Shown in pieces: positions 8,347 through 17,751 of a stretch of 64,000 nucleotides of DNA. A model generated the notes under the pieces. The model made no database searches. It saw only the letters and a program-made list of their open reading frames with translations, and was not told the DNA's origin. Origin of the DNA: an uncultured bacterium (GTDB lineage Bacteria > CSSED10-310 > CAZUFC01); assembly GCA_964619725.1 (NCBI GenBank), contig CAZUFC010000023.1, positions 14,487 through 78,486 of the forward strand, in the 5' to 3' direction. The first letter of the stretch is position 1. The number at the start of each line of letters is the position of its first letter. The translations under genes and the position numbers were made by a program.

Positions 8347-10659
8347 TCAGGGAATTTCCGGCGGTTGGTCCTGTCCGGATAATGAGTCTGATGAAAGACC
8401 CTCTTCAGTCTCTTCCGATTCTTTCATCAGACGCTCGCATTCTTCGATATAATCCGATGCTTCCTCATCAGGGCCATGCCTTTCCAGGTAAAGCTCGAAA
8501 TATTTTTTGGCTTCTTCATATTTGAAATTGCGAAAATAAGCTTCAGCGAGCGATTTAACGAGCTGATTATTGTCCGGGTCCTGCTGCATTCTCAGGTGAA
8601 GGGAAGCGAGGTGCATTCCCGATTGAGCCACCTGTCTTGTTGAAGGATCGAGTTCTTCTGCTTTTTGGAATTCTTTGATCGCCTGTCTGTATCTTTCGGT
8701 TTCCAGATAATTGACTCCCAGGTTCAGATGTCCCCATCCGAAATTGGGGGCATCAAGCAGAGCCTGTTTTAACTGTTTAATGGCTTTATTGTATTCGCCC
8801 TGTTTCCAGAGCAGCACGGCCAGGCTGTTTCTGGCGTGGTAGAAGTGAGGGTCCAGCCGAATGGTTTTTTTAAACAGTTCTTTTGCTTTTTCCGGTTGCC
8901 CCCTGGCTTCGTAAAGCGTTCCCAGGTGATTAATGGCGTGAGGAAAAGAGGGATTCAATTCGAGCGCTTTCCTGCATTTTTCTTCGGACGCATCCAGGTC
9001 GCCTGCATTTTTAAGAGCCACACTAAGATTATAATAAATGACCGGATCGTTCGGCGACAGCGCCCGCGCTTTTTCATGCTCCTTGATGGCTTCCTGATAC
9101 TGGCCCATGGTATTGTAGAGGTTGCCGAGGTTGGAGCTGGCTTTTTCGAATTGAGGTTTTATTTCGAGCGCTTTTTTGTAATGCTCATAGGAGCTCTGAA
9201 TATCGCCGAGTTTTTCATAAACGACTCCCAGATTGTAGTAAGCGTCAGCATAATCTTCCCGAAGCGTCACAGCTTTTTTGAGTACCTTGAGAGCGGAAGC
9301 GGGATCGCCGCTTTCGTTCAGGATGGAGCCGAGGTTCAGATGCGCTCTGGGAGCTTTGGGCGAATCTTTGACGGTGATGGACCACAGGGAGTAGGCATCC
9401 ATCCAGTCTTCGTTTCTGGAAACCGTTCTCATGCAGAAAGCGCCGATAAAAATGATAAAAACAGCGGCAGCGGGAATTCTTATTTTTTTCCAGGATAGTT
9501 CCTTTTCGCTGCCGGTTATCAGGATATGTCGGAATCCTTCTGCGACTGCGACGAACAATCCGATGACGGGGAGATAGAGGTAACGTTCGGCAATAGGATT
9601 AGCGATAGGCATGATATTGCTGACGGGCGAAAGCCCTGCAAAGAACCACAGGATTCCCGGTCCGTAGTAATTCCTGTTTTTAAATCCCCGATAGATCAGA
9701 TAAAACAGAATTCCCAGAATCACGAGACCGGCAAGGACCTCAACGGTCAACGGGGAAGAGGGCTTGGGAATGTCGTAGTCGGCCCTGAGCGTCAACGGAA
9801 GGATCAGAAGCAGGATGTATTTGCCCATAATGGCGACAGTGGAAAGTACGGCAATGTAGAAAGAATCGCCGATATAATCGTAAACCGGTCCGTCCGGGTT
9901 GCTCATGATAACGAATCTTACGGGGAGATAAAGAATCAGGGCCGCTAAGGCGGGAATCAGGGCTGCAGGAATACGATAACCGGGTGAATCGGGCGAATGT
10001 TTTTTGCGGGTCTGATATTGCATGACGGAGGCCAGAAAAAACAAAACCGGAAAAAGCATGCCGCTTTCCTTGGACAGCATGGCCAGGAATCCGAAAAGGC
10101 CCGTCAAACCATATAATAATACCTTTTTATTCATCGACTGATCCTTGTGAACTGCCGTTCCCGTCATAATGCCGAGGATGCAGAAAAGGGAGACGAGCAT
10201 ATCTTCACGGAAAGCGATGGCATTGACCGCTTCGCCCAGCGCCGGATGAACCGTAAGCAGCATGGCAGCGGGAAAGGCTATCAATTCCGAGCGAGTGATG
10301 CTTCTGAAGCACAGAAAAACAGCAATGCTGCACAACAGATGGAGAAATAGATTGGTGAAATGATATCCCATGGGGTCCAGTTCCCAGATCAGGTAATCGA
10401 TAAGAAAGGTAAGGGTAACGACAGGCCGGTATGTATATTCACCTGTTACGAGAAAATAACGATGATCGAACAGCACGGAAACGTCACGGTCGTTTTGAAT
10501 CCAGGCGTTCTGCGATACAACGTCCTTATCGTCATACACGAATTTGTTGTTCAGGCTGTTGATGTAGCAGACGAAACCGAAAGCAATTATCAGTATAATC
10601 AATAATGAAGTGTAGCGTTTCGGTTCAGGCTGTTTACCGTCCTTATTTTTTTTCTTCAT
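8347..10659 (-). CDS. TMTC-like GT-C protein glycosyltransferase with C-terminal TPR array
   Basis: FVYDD, YRPV, YHFTNLFLH, HP..GEAV..IAFRED, LSKE and AERYLYLP motifs; many TM helices; about 8 TPRs. Confidence 0.9.
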   Translation of the reverse strand: MKKKNKDGKQPEPKRYTSLLIILIIAFGFVCYINSLNNKFVYDDKDVVSQNAWIQNDRDVSVLFDHRYFLVTGEYTYRPVVTLTFLIDYLIWELDPMGYHFTNLFLHLLCSIAVFLCFRSITRSELIAFPAAMLLTVHPALGEAVNAIAFREDMLVSLFCILGIMTGTAVHKDQSMNKKVLLYGLTGLFGFLAMLSKESGMLFPVLFFLASVMQYQTRKKHSPDSPGYRIPAALIPALAALILYLPVRFVIMSNPDGPVYDYIGDSFYIAVLSTVAIMGKYILLLILPLTLRADYDIPKPSSPLTVEVLAGLVILGILFYLIYRGFKNRNYYGPGILWFFAGLSPVSNIMPIANPIAERYLYLPVIGLFVAVAEGFRHILITGSEKELSWKKIRIPAAAVFIIFIGAFCMRTVSRNEDWMDAYSLWSITVKDSPKAPRAHLNLGSILNESGDPASALKVLKKAVTLREDYADAYYNLGVVYEKLGDIQSSYEHYKKALEIKPQFEKASSNLGNLYNTMGQYQEAIKEHEKARALSPNDPVIYYNLSVALKNAGDLDASEEKCRKALELNPSFPHAINHLGTLYEARGQPEKAKELFKKTIRLDPHFYHARNSLAVLLWKQGEYNKAIKQLKQALLDAPNFGWGHLNLGVNYLETERYRQAIKEFQKAEELDPSTRQVAQSGMHLASLHLRMQQDPDNNQLVKSLAEAYFRNFKYEEAKKYFELYLERHGPDEEASDYIEECERLMKESEETEEGLSSDSLSGQDQPPEIP

Positions 10660-10819
10660 GGTGAAATATTTCCCGGCTGCGTATCATTTAAAATGTGATG
10701 CGTCATAGATTCTGTTTGAACGCTGAAAGACTATTCGTTTAAAGGAATATCAGTTCACTAGCGGTAAAGCTTTTTATCCGAAAGACGAGAGGAACCTCCT
10801 GCGTCTTTCGGTCTTTTCA

Positions 10820-10848
10820 TTTATACAGAAATTACCCGGAATTGGCAA
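10820..10848 (-). promoter_or_regulatory. Sigma-70-like promoter for the TMTC-like gene
   Basis: TTGCCA-N17-TATAAA on the minus strand, followed by a CCGAAAGACG/CGTCTTTCGG leader hairpin (10778-10811). Confidence 0.55.
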
Positions 10849-10899
10849 CTGCTCTACGGGTGATGAATGAAGGGGGCTGCGACGGACGTGAGGCGCTAC

Positions 10900-10936
10900 A
10901 AAAAAACCTGCGAAAGCGAGTGACGCTTCCGCAGGC
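10900..10936 (-). terminator. Rho-independent terminator of the 1595-aa gene
   Basis: CCTGCG(G)AAGCG..CGCTT(T)CGCAGG stem followed by a T-tract on the minus strand. Confidence 0.7.
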
Positions 10937-10995
10937 TTTATTGAAGGCCGTGATCCGCTATGATTAAGAATTAATAAAGGATCACGGGAATAAGC

Positions 10996-13900
10996 TTATA
11001 ATTTTCGCCGGCGCCTGTAGAGCAGGGCCGAGATGGTCGTCAGGGCGAAAAAGAGACCGAATGTGCCTGCAGCGGGCACTTGTTCGGGACAAGGGTGCAC
11101 GAAAAGCGCGTCGTCCACGTAGACGTCGCCAGCCGTAAAATCGCCTTGATCGTAACATCTGAATTGGGCCTGAGCGAATACGGCGCCGTCCGGAGCTTCA
11201 ACCCGTCCGGTGGTTAAAAACTGCCAGTCATCGATTTCTTCACTGTAGTCGGAATAACTGTTTTGAATGTAGTTGTGGTCTCCGTCTTCCCATCTGATGG
11301 TAAGGCGGACATCGCCGTCTTCGTCATTGTCGTAGGCGTAGGCCGAGAATTCATATTCGATTCCGGGGGTGACGTTGATGATGCCGTATTGCTCCATACG
11401 CACCGTACTGGTTGTTTCCCAGTGCAGATGAGCGCTGTAGGAGCCCCCATGTACGATGGTATCTTCCTGAGCGGCCGTAATGCTGCCGTAGAGTTCCCAG
11501 TCGTCCGGAGGTCCCGTCGGTGAAGACCAGGATTCCATGTCGCCGTTGAGGATGAGTTGGGTATCGCAACCGAGCGGGAAGGAGAAGGAGTAGGGTGAGC
11601 TTTGGGCATCGGCTTCGGTCTGTGTTATGGTGTTGTCTGCATAAATGTAAGTCGTTGTGTTGCCGGTATTTTCAACTTTGATGTAGTATTCGACGGTGTC
11701 GCCCAGGTCTGCTCCGATACCATCGGCATCGATTTTCGTACCCCAGTAGTCGTTGTTCATGTAATTGCATTCCCATCCTTCGGAATTGGTCGTCCAGGTC
11801 GCATCTTCAGGCATTCTGTAATACAGCGTAACGGCTTCAGCTCCTCCGATGGGATTTGCTCCGACATGCACCCATACGTCGACGGCCGGGTCTTCCGGAG
11901 CGAACGGAAAACGCATGGTGGTAGTGTCGTCGCAGGCTTCAGCGCTGTCCGGGATGTGCCAGGCGTTGATCAGGGGGTCTATGCACAGTTCCTCCAGGTG
12001 CAGGTCATCCACGTAGATATCACCGGCGCCGTCCCAGGGATCGCCGTATTCGTAACAGCCGATTTCAATTTCAAGCCAGACCGCGTTACTGGGCGGAACT
12101 ATTTGTCCGGTGTCGAGGAGCTGCCAGGCAGCCTGATCGGAAGAATAATCGGTTCTGTCGTAATAGATGAAATTGCCTGTAGCGTCGTACCAGACCATTT
12201 TCATGGTTATATCGGTATCCGTATCGTCGTCATAGGCATATCCCGTCAACTGATAGACAACGTACTGGGTTACGGGAATGTAAACCATCTGCTGAATGCT
12301 CTTGTATCCGCCTTCGGTTTCCCAATGCAGATGACAACTTGAACCCAGGCCGCCGTGGACGATGCCGTTTTCCTGCATCGCCTGAACGTCTCCGTAGACT
12401 TCCCAATCATCCGGCGGTCCTGTGGCGCCGTGCTCGGTCCAGCTTTCAAAGGAAGGATTAAAGAGCAGTTCCTGTTCGCATTCGATGGGATACCGGAATG
12501 TGTAAGGGTCTGCCTTGGCGACCAGGTGATCGAGGGTCAGTTCATTGTCGTTGTAGATGTAGGTAGCCTCGTAATCGCCGCCGGTCTTGGTCATTTTGAT
12601 GATGTATTCGACGGTATCGCCGGCGCTTGCCGTCAATCCGGTTGCCTTGTAGTAATCATTGCCGCTGTAAGTGCATTGGTAGGCGCCCGCTGCGGAGGAC
12701 CAGATAGGCGCTTCGTTCACGCGGTAGATAAGGGTCATGGTTTCATCGCCTGCAGGAGGATACACTCCTGCGAATATATCGACGCCCGCAGTCGGGTTTT
12801 CAGGCAGGAAGGGGTTCCGCATGGTCGTGGAATCGTCGCACGCTTCCATGGAATAGGGGATATGCCAGCAGTTGATTTCTCCCTGCGGACATTTCTGCGT
12901 GAACGTCATATCGTCAAGATAAAGCAATCCCTTTTCCGCTTTATCGGACACGTAGCAGCGAACTCTGATCACGGCCCATACGGCGTCGGCGGGAGCTTCC
13001 GCATCGATGATGGATAATTCCTGCCAGGCCGCCTCATCCGTGGTGTATTCAGAGAAATCGTTGGAGATGTAACTGTTGTCGCCTTCTTCCCATCGAATAT
13101 TCAACCGCAGCGAACCCGTGGGATCATTGTCGTAAACGAATCCCGACAGCGTATATTCTTCGCCCGGAGTGACGGGGCAGGCTATCATCTGTTCGAGGTA
13201 ATGACCCGATTCGGTCCAGTTCAGTGCACAACTGTAAGTTCCGCCGTGCACTTCAGTGTCTTCCATGACCGCGGTCAGATCATCATCGCTGACCGTCCAT
13301 CCGTCGGGCGGACCCGCCGGTACGGTCCAGGTTTCGAAATCGCCGTTTTCCAGCAGTTCGGATTCGCATTCCGGAGCATAACAGAAGCTGTAAGGATCGG
13401 CCTGGGCCGTCGGTTCGTCCAGAGTCCATCCGCTGTCTTCGTAAATGAACATTATGGTTCCGTCTTTCGCCACTTCCAGATAATATTCGATGACGTCTCC
13501 GGCCGCCGCGCCTATTGCTGCAGGATTCATGGATGCGTACCAGTAATCGTTGTCGTTGTAATTGCATCCCCATTCTCCGGTCGCAGTCTGCCAGGCGTCA
13601 TCGACCTTCCTGTAATGAAGTATGTAACTGTCGATGGCCGTAGTCTGCGGATAGGCTCCCACATGAATATAAACGTCAACAGCGGGATTGGTCGGCCCTA
13701 CGGGGTCTCGCATGTAAGTGTAATCATTGCATGCTTCCTTGTTTTTCGGATAATGCCAGGCGTTGATGGGAGCCGTCTCGGTCGGCGTAGGCGCCATTGT
13801 GGGAACCGGCGTCGGTGAAAATATGGATTCCGCCTCCTGGAAGGATATGGCGTCTGCATAAACGTCAGCCGGCGGAAATGTCGTTCCCGTTTCATCATAC

Positions 13901-15783
13901 ACACGTATCTGTATTCTGGCGTAAGCGGCCCCGGCAGGCGCCTGAACGTCGCCGGTCGTCAGCATCTGCCAGGAATCCTGATCGACAGTATAAGAAGAAC
14001 CGGCGCCCTCAATGTAATCGTAATATTCATCTTCCCATCTGAGCCAGAACCTGGTCTTTCCCCGGTCATCGTTGTCGTAGAAATATCCTGTTAGATTATA
14101 CCACTGTCCTTCCAGAACAGGGCAGGCCGCAACCTGCTCCAACTCGCTCGTCGAAGTCGACGTCCAGTTGATGTGACAACTGTAGGAACCCTCATATACG
14201 ATGGTTCCCTCCTGCGTCGCGGTTATATCCTCATCGCTGAGATTCCAATAGTCCGGAGGTCCGCCGGCGCCATACTCCGTCCAGCTTTCGAATCCGCCGT
14301 TCTTCAGCAATTCCGTGCCCATCGCCGGAGGATAACAGAACCAGTATGGATCATCCTGGGCATCAGCCTCATCAGAAGACGTCTGATTGCCGTTGTAGAT
14401 GAATGTGTCTTCTACGCCGGTTTTCGTTACTTTAACGTAATATTCGATCGTATCGCCTTCACCGGCTCCGGCGCCGTCCGGATCGATTATCGTATACCAG
14501 TAATCATTGACATCCCTTTGCGAAGGATCATAGTTGCATTCCCATTGTCCCGCATTCTGCGTCCAGGTCATAGTTCCCTGAACGCGATAATACAACGTCA
14601 CGGTGTCCGCACCCATCGTCGGGTAAACGCCGACATGAACATATACGTCGTCCGTTTCGTCTACAGGCGCCAGAGGTACTCTCATAGGCGTATCAGCATT
14701 GCAAGCTTCCTTGGAAAGAGGAACATGCCAGCAATTGACAAGATTGCTGGGCGTCTGAATCGGCGTCGCCGTGTAGGTGGGCTCGGGCGTCGGCGTCTCC
14801 GGCGCACATACTTCATAGAATGAAACGGCATCCACGTATACGTCGGCGGGCGGAAAGCCGCTGCCGGAAACATCGTAGCAGCGGATTTGTATCAGCGCAT
14901 AAGCCGCATCGTTCGGCGCGACTACATCGCCGCTGGTCAGCATCTGCCAGTTGTCCTGGTCTTCGCTGTATTCGGATTCATTATTCTGAACGAATGAATA
15001 TGTTTCATCCTCCCATCGCACATATAACCTGACGCGCCCTCTCGGATCGTTGTCGTAAATATACGCTTTGCAATTGTAAGTATGGCCCGGAAATACCGCA
15101 CATTCCGTATACTGTTCCAACTGCCGCGTGCTCGTCGTCGTCCAGTTCAAATGACAACTGTGACTCCCTTCGTATATCACGTAATCCTCGCGTACAGCGG
15201 TTATGCCGCTTCCCGACAAACTCCATTCGTCCGGAGGTCCGCCGGGGTCCGTCCAGGTTTCAAAATCGCCGTTTCCTATCAGCTCCGTTTCGCAAACCGG
15301 AGAATAACAGAAATGATACGGGTCAGCCTGAGCGTCCGCCTCAACGTCGGATTTCGTGTTGCCGTTATAGATGAATGTGTCGGGCATGCCGTCTTTCGTT
15401 ACCTTAACGTAATATTGTACCGTATCGCCGGGGCCCGCTCCCGCTATACCGTCAGGATCGATCACTGTTCCCCAGTAATCATTGTTGCTGTAATTGCATT
15501 CGTGCGCGCCCGTGTCGGTGTTCCACGTCGATGCTTCCGATTCCTTGTAATACAAAGTAACCGCATCCGCTCCCGTGATCGGGTATACTCCGACGTGTAT
15601 CCAGACGTTCTGAGTATAATCGTTCGGCGCCAGAGGCACCCTCATATACGTGTAATCATTGCACGCCTCCGCCGAATCAGGTATGTGCCAGCATTCGATC
15701 AGTTGCGCTTCAGCCGGAACTGTGCTTAATAACAGCAAAAGCACAATCGCCGCCGACAGCTTCGACATTTTCCAATGATTCAT
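10996..15783 (-). CDS. 1595-aa secreted repeat protein: 5x (WHxP..EAC..MRxP module + CBM4/9-like NGxFE module) with an IPTL-CTERM-like tail
   Basis: Signal peptide ending AEA. Five alternating pairs of modules. Tail VPAAGTFG + hydrophobic helix + RRRRK. GAGGAGG RBS. Confidence 0.9.
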   Translation of the reverse strand: MNHWKMSKLSAAIVLLLLLSTVPAEAQLIECWHIPDSAEACNDYTYMRVPLAPNDYTQNVWIHVGVYPITGADAVTLYYKESEASTWNTDTGAHECNYSNNDYWGTVIDPDGIAGAGPGDTVQYYVKVTKDGMPDTFIYNGNTKSDVEADAQADPYHFCYSPVCETELIGNGDFETWTDPGGPPDEWSLSGSGITAVREDYVIYEGSHSCHLNWTTTSTRQLEQYTECAVFPGHTYNCKAYIYDNDPRGRVRLYVRWEDETYSFVQNNESEYSEDQDNWQMLTSGDVVAPNDAAYALIQIRCYDVSGSGFPPADVYVDAVSFYEVCAPETPTPEPTYTATPIQTPSNLVNCWHVPLSKEACNADTPMRVPLAPVDETDDVYVHVGVYPTMGADTVTLYYRVQGTMTWTQNAGQWECNYDPSQRDVNDYWYTIIDPDGAGAGEGDTIEYYVKVTKTGVEDTFIYNGNQTSSDEADAQDDPYWFCYPPAMGTELLKNGGFESWTEYGAGGPPDYWNLSDEDITATQEGTIVYEGSYSCHINWTSTSTSELEQVAACPVLEGQWYNLTGYFYDNDDRGKTRFWLRWEDEYYDYIEGAGSSYTVDQDSWQMLTTGDVQAPAGAAYARIQIRVYDETGTTFPPADVYADAISFQEAESIFSPTPVPTMAPTPTETAPINAWHYPKNKEACNDYTYMRDPVGPTNPAVDVYIHVGAYPQTTAIDSYILHYRKVDDAWQTATGEWGCNYNDNDYWYASMNPAAIGAAAGDVIEYYLEVAKDGTIMFIYEDSGWTLDEPTAQADPYSFCYAPECESELLENGDFETWTVPAGPPDGWTVSDDDLTAVMEDTEVHGGTYSCALNWTESGHYLEQMIACPVTPGEEYTLSGFVYDNDPTGSLRLNIRWEEGDNSYISNDFSEYTTDEAAWQELSIIDAEAPADAVWAVIRVRCYVSDKAEKGLLYLDDMTFTQKCPQGEINCWHIPYSMEACDDSTTMRNPFLPENPTAGVDIFAGVYPPAGDETMTLIYRVNEAPIWSSAAGAYQCTYSGNDYYKATGLTASAGDTVEYIIKMTKTGGDYEATYIYNDNELTLDHLVAKADPYTFRYPIECEQELLFNPSFESWTEHGATGPPDDWEVYGDVQAMQENGIVHGGLGSSCHLHWETEGGYKSIQQMVYIPVTQYVVYQLTGYAYDDDTDTDITMKMVWYDATGNFIYYDRTDYSSDQAAWQLLDTGQIVPPSNAVWLEIEIGCYEYGDPWDGAGDIYVDDLHLEELCIDPLINAWHIPDSAEACDDTTTMRFPFAPEDPAVDVWVHVGANPIGGAEAVTLYYRMPEDATWTTNSEGWECNYMNNDYWGTKIDADGIGADLGDTVEYYIKVENTGNTTTYIYADNTITQTEADAQSSPYSFSFPLGCDTQLILNGDMESWSSPTGPPDDWELYGSITAAQEDTIVHGGSYSAHLHWETTSTVRMEQYGIINVTPGIEYEFSAYAYDNDEDGDVRLTIRWEDGDHNYIQNSYSDYSEEIDDWQFLTTGRVEAPDGAVFAQAQFRCYDQGDFTAGDVYVDDALFVHPCPEQVPAAGTFGLFFALTTISALLYRRRRKL

Positions 15784-15976
15784 AAGAACCTCCTCTTCAG
15801 TTAAAAATTTTAAAGTTTTTCTTTGACCATACGCGGACCTTTAAATTCCTGAAATTCTCCTCCTTCCGGTCCTTTCAATCCCTAAACATTGCTGTCTTTA
15901 ATTGCCTTTGGACCATCGTCTCCATCTCTCAACAATCTGTATGACTCTTCATACGTTAAGGCTTCGTTCACCCACT

Positions 15977-16005
15977 TTTATAGTCATGATATTCAGGAAA
16001 GTCAA
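15977..16005 (-). promoter_or_regulatory. Strong sigma-70-like promoter for the 1595-aa gene
   Basis: TTGACT-N17-TATAAA on the minus strand, ~190 nt upstream of the ATG. Confidence 0.65.
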
Positions 16006-16024
16006 GTTGAGGAAATAAAAAAAA

Positions 16025-16180
16025 GCATTGATCAAAAAAGCCTTTTTTGAGGTTACAATTCGACGGAATCCCCCCATCATTTTATTTTGATTTCGATCCT
16101 GATTGCGACCCCGAACCCGAAACAAACGGCCCTTGATGACAAAACAGCGATGAATTCGTCAAACAGATATTTATGGATCA
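16025..16180 (+). repeat. Dispersed MITE-like repeat, family A copy 1
   Basis: GCATTGATCAAAAAAGCCTTTTTTGAGGTTACAA...ATCATTTT...GATTGCGACCCCGA matches the reverse complement of 41320-41420. Ends are TGATCAAA and TTTATGGATCA. Confidence 0.8.
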
Positions 16181-16533
16181 GGGTTAATTTCTTAATGAGG
16201 GTTCAATCAGTCGACATTTACTCAAGGCGCCCAGTTCTCTGATCCTTGACTTTACAAAAATTCACAACGTTACGGATCGGAGACTCTCAGCGCCTGTCCG
16301 CCCCGGCATGCCCGATTAAAAATGTCAGTGTGATCATGCGCTAATGACTTATTCGCTTTTCGATCATTTTAATCAGCCTCTTGACGAAAGCTGGCCGTTA
16401 CCGATATAAAGTATTCAGAAAACAGGCTGAATCCGATTTTGGCCGGTATGCTGATCGCATTTCAAAGGAGCGGCAATTGAAGGAAGTTTCTCCCCTTAAA
16501 GCGGAACCGGTTTCCCCGGTTGGAAAATCAATC

Positions 16534-17586
16534 ATGAGACATAGTAAATCAGTGTGCGGAAGCGCTTTGCTGTTTTTATATTATTTTTTGATGATTGCTG
16601 CGTTTATTCCGGATGCTGCGCTTTCGAGAACGGAGAAGGTTCAAAAGAGCGCTCTGTATGCTATGGGCGGAGTACCCGTGAACGTTTCTGCTTTTCAGGC
16701 GACCGAAGACCAGTTTGCAAAAGCAATCGGAGAGGCTGAAAAAGAGATCGAGAGGCTGGAGTCCTTAATGAGCGTTTACCGGGAAACGAGTCCGTTGAGC
16801 CGCTTTAACCGGGCGGATCAAAGTTCCATGATGTTGGACGCCGATACCGGCAAAGTAGTTGAACATTCGTTGAGAATTCATCAAATGACTTCGGGAGCTT
16901 TCGATATAACTTCTGGAACCCTGGTGAAATTATGGAAGAAGGCGGGTCAGGAAAAGGTCGCGCCTTCAGAAGAAAAAGTGACCGAAGCGTTGAAGCACAC
17001 GGGATCGTCTCTTTTGCAGCTTGACGGGGAGAAAAACGTTCTGAGCAAATCCGATCCCCAGGTCCGTGTCGATCTTGGCGGAATTGCGAAGGGATTCTTT
17101 GCCGACAGGATCGCCGAACTATTGAAAAAAAAAGGTATTCGACGGGGCATAGTGGATATGGGCGGCGATATAAAATGTTTTAACGATCTGAATGACGAAT
17201 ATTTTAAAATAGGCGTCCGCAATCCTTTCAACAAAAAGGAACTGATCGGGATACTGAGAATCCGAAATGGCGCCGTGGTTACTTCAGGAGATTATGAAAG
17301 ATATTTCACCATAGACGGCGTGCGATATTGTCATGTAATTGATCCACGGACAGGATATCCGGTTAAGGGAATGTCATCGGTTACAGTTGCTGCAGAAAAT
17401 GCAATGGATGCTGATGCTCTGGCGACAGGACTTTTCGTTTTGGGCAAAAAAGAGGGAATTGACTGGATCAAGGCTCATGATAAGTATGAGGCGATTTTCG
17501 TCTATCCGGATAGCGGTAATTCTGAAGGTTATGAGATTTTTGTTTCCGAAGGTTTGAGAGACAGGTTTGAGATTATGAAGCCGTGA
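16534..17586 (+). CDS. apbE: FAD:protein FMN transferase
   Basis: AMG, T.GAFDIT, DLGGIAKGF..D, DMGGD, TSGDYERY, HVIDPRTGYP and ADALAT motifs. Start uncertain (ORF is open from 16381). Confidence 0.93.
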   Translation: MRHSKSVCGSALLFLYYFLMIAAFIPDAALSRTEKVQKSALYAMGGVPVNVSAFQATEDQFAKAIGEAEKEIERLESLMSVYRETSPLSRFNRADQSSMMLDADTGKVVEHSLRIHQMTSGAFDITSGTLVKLWKKAGQEKVAPSEEKVTEALKHTGSSLLQLDGEKNVLSKSDPQVRVDLGGIAKGFFADRIAELLKKKGIRRGIVDMGGDIKCFNDLNDEYFKIGVRNPFNKKELIGILRIRNGAVVTSGDYERYFTIDGVRYCHVIDPRTGYPVKGMSSVTVAAENAMDADALATGLFVLGKKEGIDWIKAHDKYEAIFVYPDSGNSEGYEIFVSEGLRDRFEIMKP

Positions 17587-17751
17587 AATTTTCGGTTGAT
17601 TGACTTTGAATATTACTTTTGATAAAACGACTTCAGTTGGGTAATTCGGCACGATCAATCAATGTTCAGAGACCGAATGAAGGGGACTGTGGAGATTTAT
17701 TTGCAGGAAAAATTTTTATAAAGAGTTTTGATTTAACGGGAGCGGAGAGAT

